Position numbers and translations under genes: made by a program | The notes under the pieces: generated by a model | Database searches by the model: none | What the model saw: the letters and a program-made list of their open reading frames with translations, nothing else | What the model was told of the DNA's origin: nothing | Shown: piece by piece, positions 22,258 to 31,527 of the stretch | How the letters are laid out: each line of letters opens with the position of its first letter | Numbering within the stretch: position 1 is the first letter of the stretch | Source: Vulcanimicrobiota bacterium | GTDB taxonomy: Bacteria; Vulcanimicrobiota; Vulcanimicrobiia; Vulcanimicrobiales; Vulcanimicrobiaceae | Direction of reading: 5' to 3' | DNA: 64,000 bases | Assembly: GCA_963695225.1 (NCBI GenBank) | Contig: OY968762.1 | Location: 1,792,001 to 1,856,000, forward strand

Positions 22258-23681
22258 TGGCCGATTCCTCCGCGGCGCGCCCCGGCGGCGCCGCCGCAGC
22301 GAACCCTGTCTCAGGCGCGTGGCGCGAGTTCTTGCTGCTCTTCTCGAACATCGGCTTCGCCGTTTCGCTCTTCGCGATCTGGGCCGCGATGACGATGATC
22401 GGGGTGATCGTCGACCAGGGCAAAGACGCGTCCGTCTACTTCCAGTCGTACCCCGCCCCGATCGCCCGCGCCGTCCTGCGGCTCGATCTCGACAACATCT
22501 ACCACTCGACGGGGTACATCACGATCATCGGGCTGATCCTCGTATCGATGTCGGTCGCGACGTTCTACCGGGTGATCCCCGCGCGCATGCCCGCGCTGCG
22601 GCCGCTGAAGCTCGAAGCGATTCCCCTGAACGCGCGCTTCCGCGTAACGGGGGAAGGGCAGGACGTTTCGGCCCGCGTTGCGGCGTTCTTCGCCTCGCGC
22701 GGGTGGTCGGTCCGCAAGCGCGAGTTCGGCGGCGCGGAATGGCTGTTCGCCGACAAGTTCGATTGGGCGCGGCGCGGCGTGCTGATCGCGCACGTCGGCT
22801 TCGTCATCATCGCGGCCGGGACGACGATCTATTGGGCGCGCGGCTTCTCCGGGACGACGACGATCCTCTCGGGGGCGACGCAGACGATCCCGCAAGCGAA
22901 GGCCACGCTCAAGTTGAACGCATTCAACTACGACATCAAGCCGATGCGCACGAAGAGCGGCATCGTCTACCAGCCGCTCGACTACGTCTCGTACTTGACG
23001 GTCACCGACAAAGACGGGAAGACCTCGCAGCAGACGCTGCGCGTGAACCATCCGATCGACGTGAACGGCACGCTGTTCTATCAATCGACGTACGGCTACG
23101 CGATCGAGGTCGCGGCCACGAAGGACGGGATCCCGCTCCCCGGTTTGCCGCTCGATCCGATCAAGGAAGGGACCGCGTTCCAGCTCGGGCAGAGCCCGCG
23201 CGCGATCCAGTACGCGCAGTTCGTGGGGACGATCGACCGCGCGACGAACAGCGTGGGCCGCGACCCCCGCCCGAACGACCCGGGCGTGGTCCTCAACGTC
23301 TATGAAGGGGATGCGCTCGCCGGAAGGATGCTCGTTCCGATCGGAACGACCGTCGATCTCGGCGGCGGATATCGCTTGGGCGTCTTGCGCTACACGATCT
23401 ACACGGGGCTGCAGTACCGCTACGACCCGGGGATCCCGCTCGTCGGGCTCGGGGCGTTCATCCTGCTGCTGGGCTTGTGCATCTCCTTCTACTTCCTGCC
23501 GGCCCGGTTCTACATCCGGATCGACAAGGTCGCCGGGGGGGCGGCGCCCGCCTGGGAGGTCGGCGTCGCAGCGACGACCGTCAAGGGCTACGACATCTTC
23601 GAGGAGCGTTTCAACGAGCTCGTCCGGGCGCTTTCGCGTGACTTTGGTCAACGCGAGCCCGCCATCGCTCGGGCACACTAG
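22257..23681 (+). CDS. resB: Cytochrome c biogenesis protein ResB/CcsB (system II)
   Basis: N-terminal TMs with IYHS and AHVG; LRVNHP..GTLFYQSTYG; TGLQYRYDPG before the last TM. Confidence 0.88.
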   Translation: MADSSAARPGGAAAANPVSGAWREFLLLFSNIGFAVSLFAIWAAMTMIGVIVDQGKDASVYFQSYPAPIARAVLRLDLDNIYHSTGYITIIGLILVSMSVATFYRVIPARMPALRPLKLEAIPLNARFRVTGEGQDVSARVAAFFASRGWSVRKREFGGAEWLFADKFDWARRGVLIAHVGFVIIAAGTTIYWARGFSGTTTILSGATQTIPQAKATLKLNAFNYDIKPMRTKSGIVYQPLDYVSYLTVTDKDGKTSQQTLRVNHPIDVNGTLFYQSTYGYAIEVAATKDGIPLPGLPLDPIKEGTAFQLGQSPRAIQYAQFVGTIDRATNSVGRDPRPNDPGVVLNVYEGDALAGRMLVPIGTTVDLGGGYRLGVLRYTIYTGLQYRYDPGIPLVGLGAFILLLGLCISFYFLPARFYIRIDKVAGGAAPAWEVGVAATTVKGYDIFEERFNELVRALSRDFGQREPAIARAH

Positions 23682-23704
23682 GGGCATTCGGAGGCAACGC
23701 CGGC

Positions 23705-24703
23705 ATGAATTTAGATCAGACCCTGATCGTCATCGCGATCTCCTCGTACATCATGGGGACGCTCGCCCTCTCGACGTTCTTCCTCTCCCGGGCGCCGCTC
23801 GCAAAGCAAATCGGCATCCCCTTCGCGTTCCTGGGCTGCGCCGTTCAGCTCGTCGAACTCGGGGTGCGCTACCAGACGACGCACATCTGGCCGCTGACGA
23901 ACCTCTACGGCTCGCTCTCGCTCTTTGCGGCGCTCAGCGTCCTGATCTTCCTGATCTTCTCGCTGAAATACGATCTCTGGTTCCTCGGCGGCTTCATCCA
24001 GGCGATCGCGGCCGTCTTCCTCGCCTACGCGCTGACCTGGAATGAAGGCTATCTCCCGGCGGTCCCGGCGCTGCAATCCTACTGGATCAAGATCCACGTC
24101 CCGCTCGTGATCGGCGCCTACGCCGCCTTCATGGTCTCGTTCGTGACCTCGGCGCTCTACCTGGTTCGCTACTATCTCGAGCGCTCGCTCGAATCGCGCA
24201 AAGGCCTCGTGCGAATGAATCCCGCCGTCGCGGCCGGCCCCGGGACGCTCAAGGGAGGCGTTTCGCTCCAGACCGCCTCGCCCGAGTTGGGGGTCGGAGC
24301 CCGCGGCACCACCGCCGCGATGCGCGAAGGGGCGAACGTCGCGGCCGCCGCCGAGGCGGGCGATCCGCTCGCACGCTGGCTGCAGACGCTCCCGGCCCTC
24401 TCGAAGCTCGACATCATGACCTACCGGATCATCGCGGTCGGCCTCCCGCTCTTGACGGTCGGGATCATCACCGGCGCCTGGTGGGCCAAAGAAGCGTGGG
24501 GCGCCTACTGGCAGTGGGATCCCAAGGAGACGGCCTCGCTCTTCTGCTGGATCTGGTACGCGGGCTACATGCATCTGCACACGCGCAATCAGTGGCGCGG
24601 GCTGCGCTGCGCCTGGCTCGCCGCGCTCGGGTTCGCCGCCGTGCTGTTCTGCTACCTCGGCGTGAACATCTGGATCAGCGGCCTGCACAGCTACAAGATG
24701 TAA
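23705..24703 (+). CDS. ccsA: Cytochrome c synthase CcsA/ResC (system II)
   Basis: VPALQSYWIKIHV, WWD domain WAKEAWGAYWQWDPKE, GLHSY. Confidence 0.95.
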   Translation: MNLDQTLIVIAISSYIMGTLALSTFFLSRAPLAKQIGIPFAFLGCAVQLVELGVRYQTTHIWPLTNLYGSLSLFAALSVLIFLIFSLKYDLWFLGGFIQAIAAVFLAYALTWNEGYLPAVPALQSYWIKIHVPLVIGAYAAFMVSFVTSALYLVRYYLERSLESRKGLVRMNPAVAAGPGTLKGGVSLQTASPELGVGARGTTAAMREGANVAAAAEAGDPLARWLQTLPALSKLDIMTYRIIAVGLPLLTVGIITGAWWAKEAWGAYWQWDPKETASLFCWIWYAGYMHLHTRNQWRGLRCAWLAALGFAAVLFCYLGVNIWISGLHSYKM

Positions 24704-24706
24704 TAC

Positions 24707-25882
24707 GTGAGGCCGCGCTTCGCCGCGTATCTCGCGGCTGCCGCGCTCGCCGATAGCGGTTACTGGATCTACAGCGTCGCGACGGGCTGGCTCGTCGAGA
24801 ACGCGACGCACGCCCCGCTGTGGCTCGGAATCGTGAACGGCGCGGGGAATCTGCCTTTCCTGCTGTTTTCGCTCGCAGGCGGCGTCCTCGCCGACCGCTT
24901 CGAACGCCGCAACGTCATCGCCGGCGGGAACGCGCTGCTGTGCGCGCTCGTGCTCCTGCTGGCGTTCCTCGTCACGCGCGGCGCGCTGCCGATCCGGCTG
25001 CTCGCCGGTTTCGCATTTTGCGTCGGGACGATCAACGCGCTCGAGCACCCCGTCGATCGCGCCTGGCTCTACGAGCTGATCGAGGGGAAACAGCTCGGCC
25101 GTTCGATCTCGCTCTCCTCGCTCGAATGGGCCGTCGCACGGACCTTCGGTCCCGCGCTCGGCGGCGTCGCGGTCGCCGCGCTCGGCATCGCGGCCGGCTA
25201 CGCGGCCTACGCGCTCGCCGTCCTCCCTATGCTCGTCCTCGCGCTCGCGGTGCGAACGCAGACGTTCGGCGCCGCCGGCGCGAGCGCGGATGCGCAGGCT
25301 CCCCCGGCCGAGACGGAACGCCTGCCGGCCGCAATCCTGCCGTTCTCGTTGCTGATCGCGAGCTTCACCATCTGCGTCACGCCGTACATCGCGCTCCTCC
25401 CCGACATCGCCGTGCGCGACTTTCACCTCGATGCGCGCGGCTTCGGGCTCCTGGCCGCCTGCGGCGGCGTCGGCGCGATCGCGGGCGGCATCCTGCTCAG
25501 CGCGCTCGGCGAACTGCGCTCGAAGGGGCGGATCGTCGCGTCGACCGCGTTCTGCGGCGCGCTCCTGCTCGTCGCGTTCGCCGCCACGCACGACGTCCGC
25601 CTCGCAGCGGCGCTCCTAGTCGCGATGGGCGCGATCGACACCGCGATGTACGCGCTCGCGAACACTTACGTGCAACAACTCGCGTCCGACCGGCTGCGCG
25701 GACGCGCGAACGCGGTCTTCTCGCTCGCGTTCATCGGCGGCATTCCGATCGGCAGCTTCGCGCTCGGCGCGCTCGCGCAGCGCGTCGGGAACGGTCCGGC
25801 GCTGATCTTCACCGGAAGCCTGGCAGCGCTCGCCTGCCTCGTCTTTTGGAGCGCTGCGCCCGCCGCGCGGGACGCCGCCTGA
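24707..25882 (+). CDS. MFS transporter (MFS_3/DUF894-like)
   Basis: GVLADRFERR motif A, about 12 TM helices, LRGRA. Confidence 0.85.
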   Translation: MRPRFAAYLAAAALADSGYWIYSVATGWLVENATHAPLWLGIVNGAGNLPFLLFSLAGGVLADRFERRNVIAGGNALLCALVLLLAFLVTRGALPIRLLAGFAFCVGTINALEHPVDRAWLYELIEGKQLGRSISLSSLEWAVARTFGPALGGVAVAALGIAAGYAAYALAVLPMLVLALAVRTQTFGAAGASADAQAPPAETERLPAAILPFSLLIASFTICVTPYIALLPDIAVRDFHLDARGFGLLAACGGVGAIAGGILLSALGELRSKGRIVASTAFCGALLLVAFAATHDVRLAAALLVAMGAIDTAMYALANTYVQQLASDRLRGRANAVFSLAFIGGIPIGSFALGALAQRVGNGPALIFTGSLAALACLVFWSAAPAARDAA

Positions 25883-25938
25883 CCGGACGCCGCCCGAGCC
25901 GCAACGTTCCCTTCGCCCGGCGGGTTCCCAGCGTTACG

Positions 25939-27435
25939 ATGCTGACCGCGAACGGCGCCGGGCGGGCGCTGGCCGGCTTAGTGGTTCACGACGTCGCGCT
26001 CGCGAAGCTCGGAGCGGCGTTCGCCGAGCGGCGCATGCCGACGCCGCTCCCCGATCCGCGCCTCGTCGCGTTCAACCCCGACGCTGCGACGCTGCTCGAT
26101 CTCGATCCGGCGGCGGCCGACGACCCGCGCTTCACGCTCCTCGCGGCGGGAAACGCCACGTTCCGCGAGCGGCCGCCGAGCGCCGCGATCTACGCCGGGC
26201 ACCAATTCGGCGTTTTCGTTCGCCAACTCGGCGACGGCCGAGCGATCTCGCTCGGAGAGATCGAGAACGCTCGCGGCGAGCGCTGGGAATACCAGCTCAA
26301 AGGCGCGGGGACGACGGCGTTCTCGCGCTTCGCCGACGGACGCGCGGTGCTGCGTTCGACGATCCGCGAGTACCTTTGCAGCGAGGCGATGCACCATCTG
26401 GGCATCCCGACGACCCGCGCGCTCGCGATTGCGGGGAGCGATTTCCCCGTCTTTCGCGAGCGCCCCGAGACGGCCGCCGTCCTCACCCGCCTGGCCCCTT
26501 CGTTCGTGCGCTTCGGGTCGTTCGAACTGTTCCATTCGCGCGGGCAACTCGAGCACGTCAAGACCCTGGCCGATCACACGATCGCGCGCTTTTATCCCGC
26601 GCTAGCGCAGAGCGGCGAACGCGAACGCTACGCGGGCTTTCTGCGCGAAGTCGTGGAGCGCACGGCCGAACTCGTCGCGCGGTGGCAAGCTGCCGGCTTC
26701 GCGCACGGCGTGCTCAACACCGACAACATGTCGATCCTCGGCCTGACGCTCGACTACGGGCCGTTCGGCTTCATGGAGCGCTACGACCCGGGCTTCATCT
26801 GCAATCATTCGGACGAGTCCGGACGCTACGCGTTCGACCAGCAGCCGCGCGTCGGGCTTTGGAACTGCTACGTGCTCGCGAGCGCGCTCTCGTCGCTCGT
26901 GGAGCGGCCCGATGCGCAAGCGGCGCTCGACGCTTACGAACCCGTCTACCGGTCGCGCTTTTCCGCGCTGATGGGCGCGAAGCTCGGGCTCGCGACGGCG
27001 GAGGAGGCGGATGCGGAACTCATTGCCGCATTCCTGCACGTACTCGAAGTCTCGGGCGCCGACTACACGCTCGCCTTGCGGCGCCTCGGCTCGCTCGGGC
27101 GCAAAGCGAGCCCCGCGGATGCCGCCTTCGATGAGTTTTTCGGCGGGCACGCCGCGTGGGGCGTTTGGCGAGCGCGCTACCGCGCGCGCCTGGAGCGGGA
27201 ACCGCGCACGGACGCCGCGCGTCGCGCCGCGATGGCGCGCGTCAATCCGAAGTTCGTCCTGCGCAATCACCTCGCGCAGCGAGCGATCGTCGCAGCCGAA
27301 GGGGGCGACTTCGGGGAAATCGGGCGGCTGCACGCCGTCCTGCGCGCTCCGTTCTCGGAGCAGCCCGAAAACGAGGCGTACGCCTGCCCCGCACCGGAAG
27401 GGACCGAAACGACGGCGGTCAGCTGTTCGTCGTGA
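25939..27435 (+). CDS. selO: Protein adenylyltransferase SelO (YdiU)
   Basis: YAGHQFG..QLGDGRA, QLKGAG, DGRAVLRSTIREYL, HGVLNTDN, DYGPFGF, NPKFVLRN, C-terminal SCSS. Confidence 0.95.
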   Translation: MLTANGAGRALAGLVVHDVALAKLGAAFAERRMPTPLPDPRLVAFNPDAATLLDLDPAAADDPRFTLLAAGNATFRERPPSAAIYAGHQFGVFVRQLGDGRAISLGEIENARGERWEYQLKGAGTTAFSRFADGRAVLRSTIREYLCSEAMHHLGIPTTRALAIAGSDFPVFRERPETAAVLTRLAPSFVRFGSFELFHSRGQLEHVKTLADHTIARFYPALAQSGERERYAGFLREVVERTAELVARWQAAGFAHGVLNTDNMSILGLTLDYGPFGFMERYDPGFICNHSDESGRYAFDQQPRVGLWNCYVLASALSSLVERPDAQAALDAYEPVYRSRFSALMGAKLGLATAEEADAELIAAFLHVLEVSGADYTLALRRLGSLGRKASPADAAFDEFFGGHAAWGVWRARYRARLEREPRTDAARRAAMARVNPKFVLRNHLAQRAIVAAEGGDFGEIGRLHAVLRAPFSEQPENEAYACPAPEGTETTAVSCSS

Positions 27436-27991
27436 GCGCGCGGCGCGGAGCCGAGCCGTCGATCACGTCGACGCCGGAGACGATCCGCCATTGCACGGCC
27501 GGGGCGGCGGCCGCGGGCGCAAGCGAATCCTTGCTGCCGTCGATGACGGCGACGCTCCAGCCCGACGACGCAGCCGAACCGACGATCACCGGGACGCCGC
27601 TCCAGCCGGACGCATCCGGCACCGGGGCACGCGCGGCATCGACGACGGCGACGCTCGGATCCGGCGGCGGGGCCGGCTGCACCGCCGCGCTCCCATCCGA
27701 GAGTTCGACGCCCGGATCGGCCGGCGCGGCAGGGGCGGCGATCACGTGCCCGTCGATCAGGCGGATCGGCGGGGCATCGGCGGGCACGTCGTTCGGCTCG
27801 CCCCGGTCTTCGATGAGTTGCGGCTGCGCAGGCTCGGGCTGGGCCGGCGCGACGAGCGCCGGCGGGGCGAGCGCGCGCGTCGCGGCTTCGACGGCGCCCC
27901 CGCAGGTGAACGCGAACAGCGAGATTGCGATCGTCACTCCGGCAAACTGCGCCGGCGAGAGGGAGTCGATGCCGCGGGGACGCTCGTCCAT
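27419..27991 (-). CDS. Hypothetical acidic exported/membrane-anchored protein
   Basis: GGAGG SD 4 nt before ATG; N-terminal hydrophobic segment; repeated hydrophobic-DG motifs. Confidence 0.55.
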   Translation of the reverse strand: MDERPRGIDSLSPAQFAGVTIAISLFAFTCGGAVEAATRALAPPALVAPAQPEPAQPQLIEDRGEPNDVPADAPPIRLIDGHVIAAPAAPADPGVELSDGSAAVQPAPPPDPSVAVVDAARAPVPDASGWSGVPVIVGSAASSGWSVAVIDGSKDSLAPAAAAPAVQWRIVSGVDVIDGSAPRRALTTNS

Positions 27992-28422
27992 GCAACCTCC
28001 ACGAAAACGGATCGCAGTGCCGGCTCGCGCCTAACGGCCGGATGCACCCGAGTTCGCGCACGGGGCGTCGATTGCTGCGTGGTGCGAATGGTCCATTCGG
28101 CCCGGGACGTCCGGCGCCGGCAAGCACGACGGCGCGGCGCTCGAGCCGCCCCCCCGGGATCGGCCGACAGGTAAGCCGGCTGCCCGCGAAACGTCACGCG
28201 GGAAGCAGGTCATTCGCCTCCGGCGGGTGTAACGCAGAAGGCGATTCGGGTCGTCCTCTCGCAAAGGGGCCCAATTCCAGCAAACTGGTTTGAGGGCACA
28301 GGGAGTTCTGTACCCTCCTCGGCGGTCGCGCGCTCCCGTAAGGGAATCGTTGAGGCCGTCCGGCAGATCAAATACATCGGATTCGTCATGGCGTCCCTAG
28401 GCGGCGCGGAGGAACCAGACAC

Positions 28423-29076
28423 GTGTCACATGAGGCGCAAGCCTACAAAGACCCCGGCACGCCCGAAGAGCAGACGCGGCGGACGTTCATGGCCAACGCG
28501 ACCCTCGGCATCGGCGCGATCATCGGCTTGGTCGTCGCGGTCCCGACCCTGACCTCGCTCGTTCCCGAGTCGATGCTCAAGGGCAACGCCGGCGGCTCCT
28601 GGGCGCCGTTCGCTCCCGCCGATTTCAAGGCGCTCCAAGACGCGACGGATACGCCCGTCAAGATCTCGATCAACTTCAAGACGAAGGACGCGTATCTGCC
28701 GGAAAGCGACGTCAGCCACTTCGTTTGGGGCGTCAAGCTCAACGACGAGCAAGTGAAGACGTACAAGGAAAAGCGCCCCGATATCTACGCGGCGCCGGGG
28801 GGCAACGTCCCCTACGAAGTCGTGAATCTGAATTTCGTCATCTTCAGCTCGGTCTGTCCGCACTTGGCGTGTCTCTATAGCTGGGTCCCCGACGCGAAGC
28901 GCTTCATCTGCCCCTGCCACGGTTCGCAATTCGGCATCGAAGGCAACTACATCGAGGGCCCCGCGCCGCGCGGCCTCGACCCGCTCCCGCTGCGCGCGGC
29001 GAACGGCACCGCCGAAGTCACGTGGATCAACTACAAAGTGCAGCAGCCGAACCGGCTCATCATCTCGTACACGTAG
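28423..29076 (+). CDS. qcrA: Rieske iron-sulfur subunit of quinol:cytochrome c reductase
   Basis: Tat motif TRRTFM, TM helix, CPHLAC, CPCHGSQF, GPAPRGL; GGAGG SD. Confidence 0.93.
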   Translation: MSHEAQAYKDPGTPEEQTRRTFMANATLGIGAIIGLVVAVPTLTSLVPESMLKGNAGGSWAPFAPADFKALQDATDTPVKISINFKTKDAYLPESDVSHFVWGVKLNDEQVKTYKEKRPDIYAAPGGNVPYEVVNLNFVIFSSVCPHLACLYSWVPDAKRFICPCHGSQFGIEGNYIEGPAPRGLDPLPLRAANGTAEVTWINYKVQQPNRLIISYT

Positions 29077-29107
29077 CCGTCAGGCTTCGCACTCCGGAAG
29101 GAACAGC

Positions 29108-30613
29108 ATGTCAGCCAACGTGACCAACCCCGTGGTCAACTGGATCGAACAGCGCACCGGCCTCGTCAGCATGACCAAGGACTTCCTCACGGAAGACGTC
29201 CCGGGCGGCGCGAGTTATTGGTACGTCTTCGGAAGCGCGACGATTTTCGCGATGATCCTGCAATTCGTGACGGGGATCTTCCTGACGTTCTATTACGCCC
29301 CGTCCGTGTTGACGGCGTGGGAATCCACGAAGTACATCTACACGAACGTCCCGCTCGGCTGGTTCGTCATCAGCCTCCACTCGTGGGGCGCGACGGCGAT
29401 GATCGCGTTGATGTTCTTGCATCTCTTGCAAGTCGCGATCTGGGGCGCGTACAAGGCGCCGCGCGAGATGGGCTGGATCATCGGCGTCATTTTGATCATC
29501 GTGACGCTCGTCCTCGGCTTGACCGGCTACCTGCTCCCGTGGGACTTGAACGCCTACCTCGCTTCGTCGGTCGCGATCAACATCGCGGCCTCCGTTCCCC
29601 TCCTCGGTTCTGCCGTCCAGCAATTCCTGATGGACGGGAACGCACTCGGGACGCTGACGATCAACCGTTTCTTCGGCCTGCACGTCTGGCTCGCGCCGGC
29701 GATGATGCTGATTCTCGTGACCGCGCATCTGCTCGTTTTCCGGCACAACGGCGGTGCCGGGCCGCCGACCGATACCGACCTCAAGAAGCTGCCGCAAGGC
29801 CGGTTCTGGCCGGATCAGATGTTCATGGACGCGGTTGCGTCGTTCGCGGTGTTCGTCGTCATCGTCGCACTCTCGATCTTCTCGCCGACGCCGCTCGACG
29901 ATAAGGCCGACCCGACGAACAGCCAATTCGTCGCGTATCCGGCGTGGTATTTCCTCGCGCTCTACGGCCTGCTGCGAGTCGCCGGCCTCGCTCCGCACGG
30001 CGCGATCGGATCGTTCGCGAATCTGCTCGCGACCGTCTTGGTCCCGGGCCTGCTCGTCGCGTTCCTGATCGCGTTGCCGTTCGTCGATCGTAACCCGAGC
30101 CGCCGTATCTCGCGGCGTCCGTGGGCGATGGCGATCACCGCGATCGGCGTCGTCGCCGCGATCGGATTCAGCCTCTATAGCCAGCTCGCGATCGTCAAGG
30201 AGATCGAGGACAAGAAGGCTCCGGCGACCGCTGCGGCAGCACCCGCGGCCCCGGCGGGCGGAGCGGTCGCTTCGGCCGGCGGCGGCGCGCAAGCCGCCGA
30301 TAAGGGCGCCGCGGTGTACGCAACCAACTGCGCCGGCTGCCACGGGGCCGCCGGTGCCGGTACGCCGAGCGTCTTCCCCCCACTCGCCAAGAGCGAATGG
30401 GTCGCGGACGACAAGAAGCTGATGCACGCCCTGCTCTACGGCGTCCAAGGCGCGGTCAGGGTCGAAGGCAAGCCCTACAACGGCATGATGCCGGCCTGGA
30501 AGGGCGTGCTTTCGGACGCGGACATCGCCGCCGTAGCGACCCACGTGCGCAAGTCGTGGGGCAACACCGGCGGCCCGATCACCGTCGACGAACTAGCCAA
30601 AGTAGCGAAGTAG
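29108..30613 (+). CDS. qcrB: Cytochrome b (b6 + subunit IV regions) fused to a C-terminal monoheme cytochrome c
   Basis: Four heme-b His (LHSWGA, LHLLQ, LHVW, AHLL), TGYLLPW, Qo motif PAWY, CAGCH..MPAW. Confidence 0.93.
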   Translation: MSANVTNPVVNWIEQRTGLVSMTKDFLTEDVPGGASYWYVFGSATIFAMILQFVTGIFLTFYYAPSVLTAWESTKYIYTNVPLGWFVISLHSWGATAMIALMFLHLLQVAIWGAYKAPREMGWIIGVILIIVTLVLGLTGYLLPWDLNAYLASSVAINIAASVPLLGSAVQQFLMDGNALGTLTINRFFGLHVWLAPAMMLILVTAHLLVFRHNGGAGPPTDTDLKKLPQGRFWPDQMFMDAVASFAVFVVIVALSIFSPTPLDDKADPTNSQFVAYPAWYFLALYGLLRVAGLAPHGAIGSFANLLATVLVPGLLVAFLIALPFVDRNPSRRISRRPWAMAITAIGVVAAIGFSLYSQLAIVKEIEDKKAPATAAAAPAAPAGGAVASAGGGAQAADKGAAVYATNCAGCHGAAGAGTPSVFPPLAKSEWVADDKKLMHALLYGVQGAVRVEGKPYNGMMPAWKGVLSDADIAAVATHVRKSWGNTGGPITVDELAKVAK

Positions 30614-30652
30614 CGCCCTTCGACAATCACCCCCCGGCCCCGGACCGCACCA

Positions 30653-30705
30653 GCGTCCGGGCCGGGGCAAATACCCCACGGGAAGCCCAGCCTACGCGCG
30701 AAGCC
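30653..30705 (+). repeat. Decayed 5' half of the multi-hairpin element (copy 0)
   Basis: GCGTCCGGGCCGGGGC...CCCACGGGAAGCCCAGCCTACGCGCGAAGCC aligns with the start of copies 1 and 2. Confidence 0.55.
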
Positions 30706-30728
30706 GACTTGCCCATGGAACGCAGGTA

Positions 30729-30971
30729 GCGTCCGGGTCGGGGCGGGGTTTCTCCGCGGGGAGTGCAGCTTGCCCGCGAAGCCACGATGGCGGGAGCGGA
30801 GGGGGCCCCACGCGCTTCGCGTGTGGGGGGCGCGGAGCCGAAGGCATAGCGCCTTTTCAACTGCCCCGGGGTCCCCACGATGCGTTAGCATCGTGGGGTG
30901 GGAGTAGCGATTTCGCATGGATGCGAAATCGCGGGCGTCCCCGCGGAGGAACCCCGACCCGACCCGGACGC
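30729..30971 (+). repeat. Intergenic multi-hairpin element, copy 1 (243 nt, with internal insertion)
   Basis: 34-nt inverted arms 30729-30762 / 30938-30971; near-identical to 36267-36417 apart from a ~100-nt internal segment. Confidence 0.9.
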
Positions 30972-31028
30972 GGGCCAAGCGGAACGCTCACAATTCGGCG
31001 AGCTTCAGCGTGACGAAGTGGCTAGATA

Positions 31029-31367
31029 TCAGCCGTGCTGGCGCGCCAGGTTGTGCTTGTCGAAGTAGATGCGGCGCGAGTTGCGGTTCTCTTCGCGGTT
31101 GAGCTGGTTGTATTCGGCAGCCGTGAGGCGGCCGCCGTTCGCGCGCAGATCGCGGCGGCGTTGCGCTTCGATGCGCTGCAAGTGGGATTCCGTGCTGTTG
31201 TATTCGCGGGCCGTGAGCTGGCCGCTGGCGACGCCTTGATTGATGCGCGCCTGTTGGCGGTCGATGCGGTTTTGCACTTCGCCCGCGTTCGCCGCGAGGG
31301 GGGCAGAAACGACGGCGAGCAGCGCCGCGCCGATGAGCGACTTCGTGAGAACGGTGGTGATCGACAT
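31029..31367 (-). CDS. Small secreted helical protein (QQARINQGVASGQLT..E type)
   Basis: Signal peptide ending ANA; internally duplicated G.LT..EY motif; AAGGA SD. Confidence 0.8.
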   Translation of the reverse strand: MSITTVLTKSLIGAALLAVVSAPLAANAGEVQNRIDRQQARINQGVASGQLTAREYNSTESHLQRIEAQRRRDLRANGGRLTAAEYNQLNREENRNSRRIYFDKHNLARQHG

Positions 31368-31527
31368 CGCTAGAGTCCTTTCGATTCCCGCTAATTCGCG
31401 GGGCGCGTTGGTGTGATGCCCATGCTACGCTCTCGCGCGCCGCGTCGTCAGCAAATCCCGAAAAGTCTCATCCGCGCTTCACCGCGCTCCAATCCGCGCT
31501 TCATCCGAGGCCCCGCGGGGCCCGCGC

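Noticed and set aside
27424..27435. Selenocysteine readthrough in SelO
   Set aside because: The Sec-equivalent position is TGT (Cys) in CSS; the TGA falls at the normal C-terminus.
30729..30971. tRNA, SRP RNA, tmRNA or RNase P identity for the hairpin elements
   Set aside because: No T-loop/CCA, tag reading frame or RNase P conserved motifs seen; multi-copy dispersed distribution argues against a single-copy housekeeping RNA.
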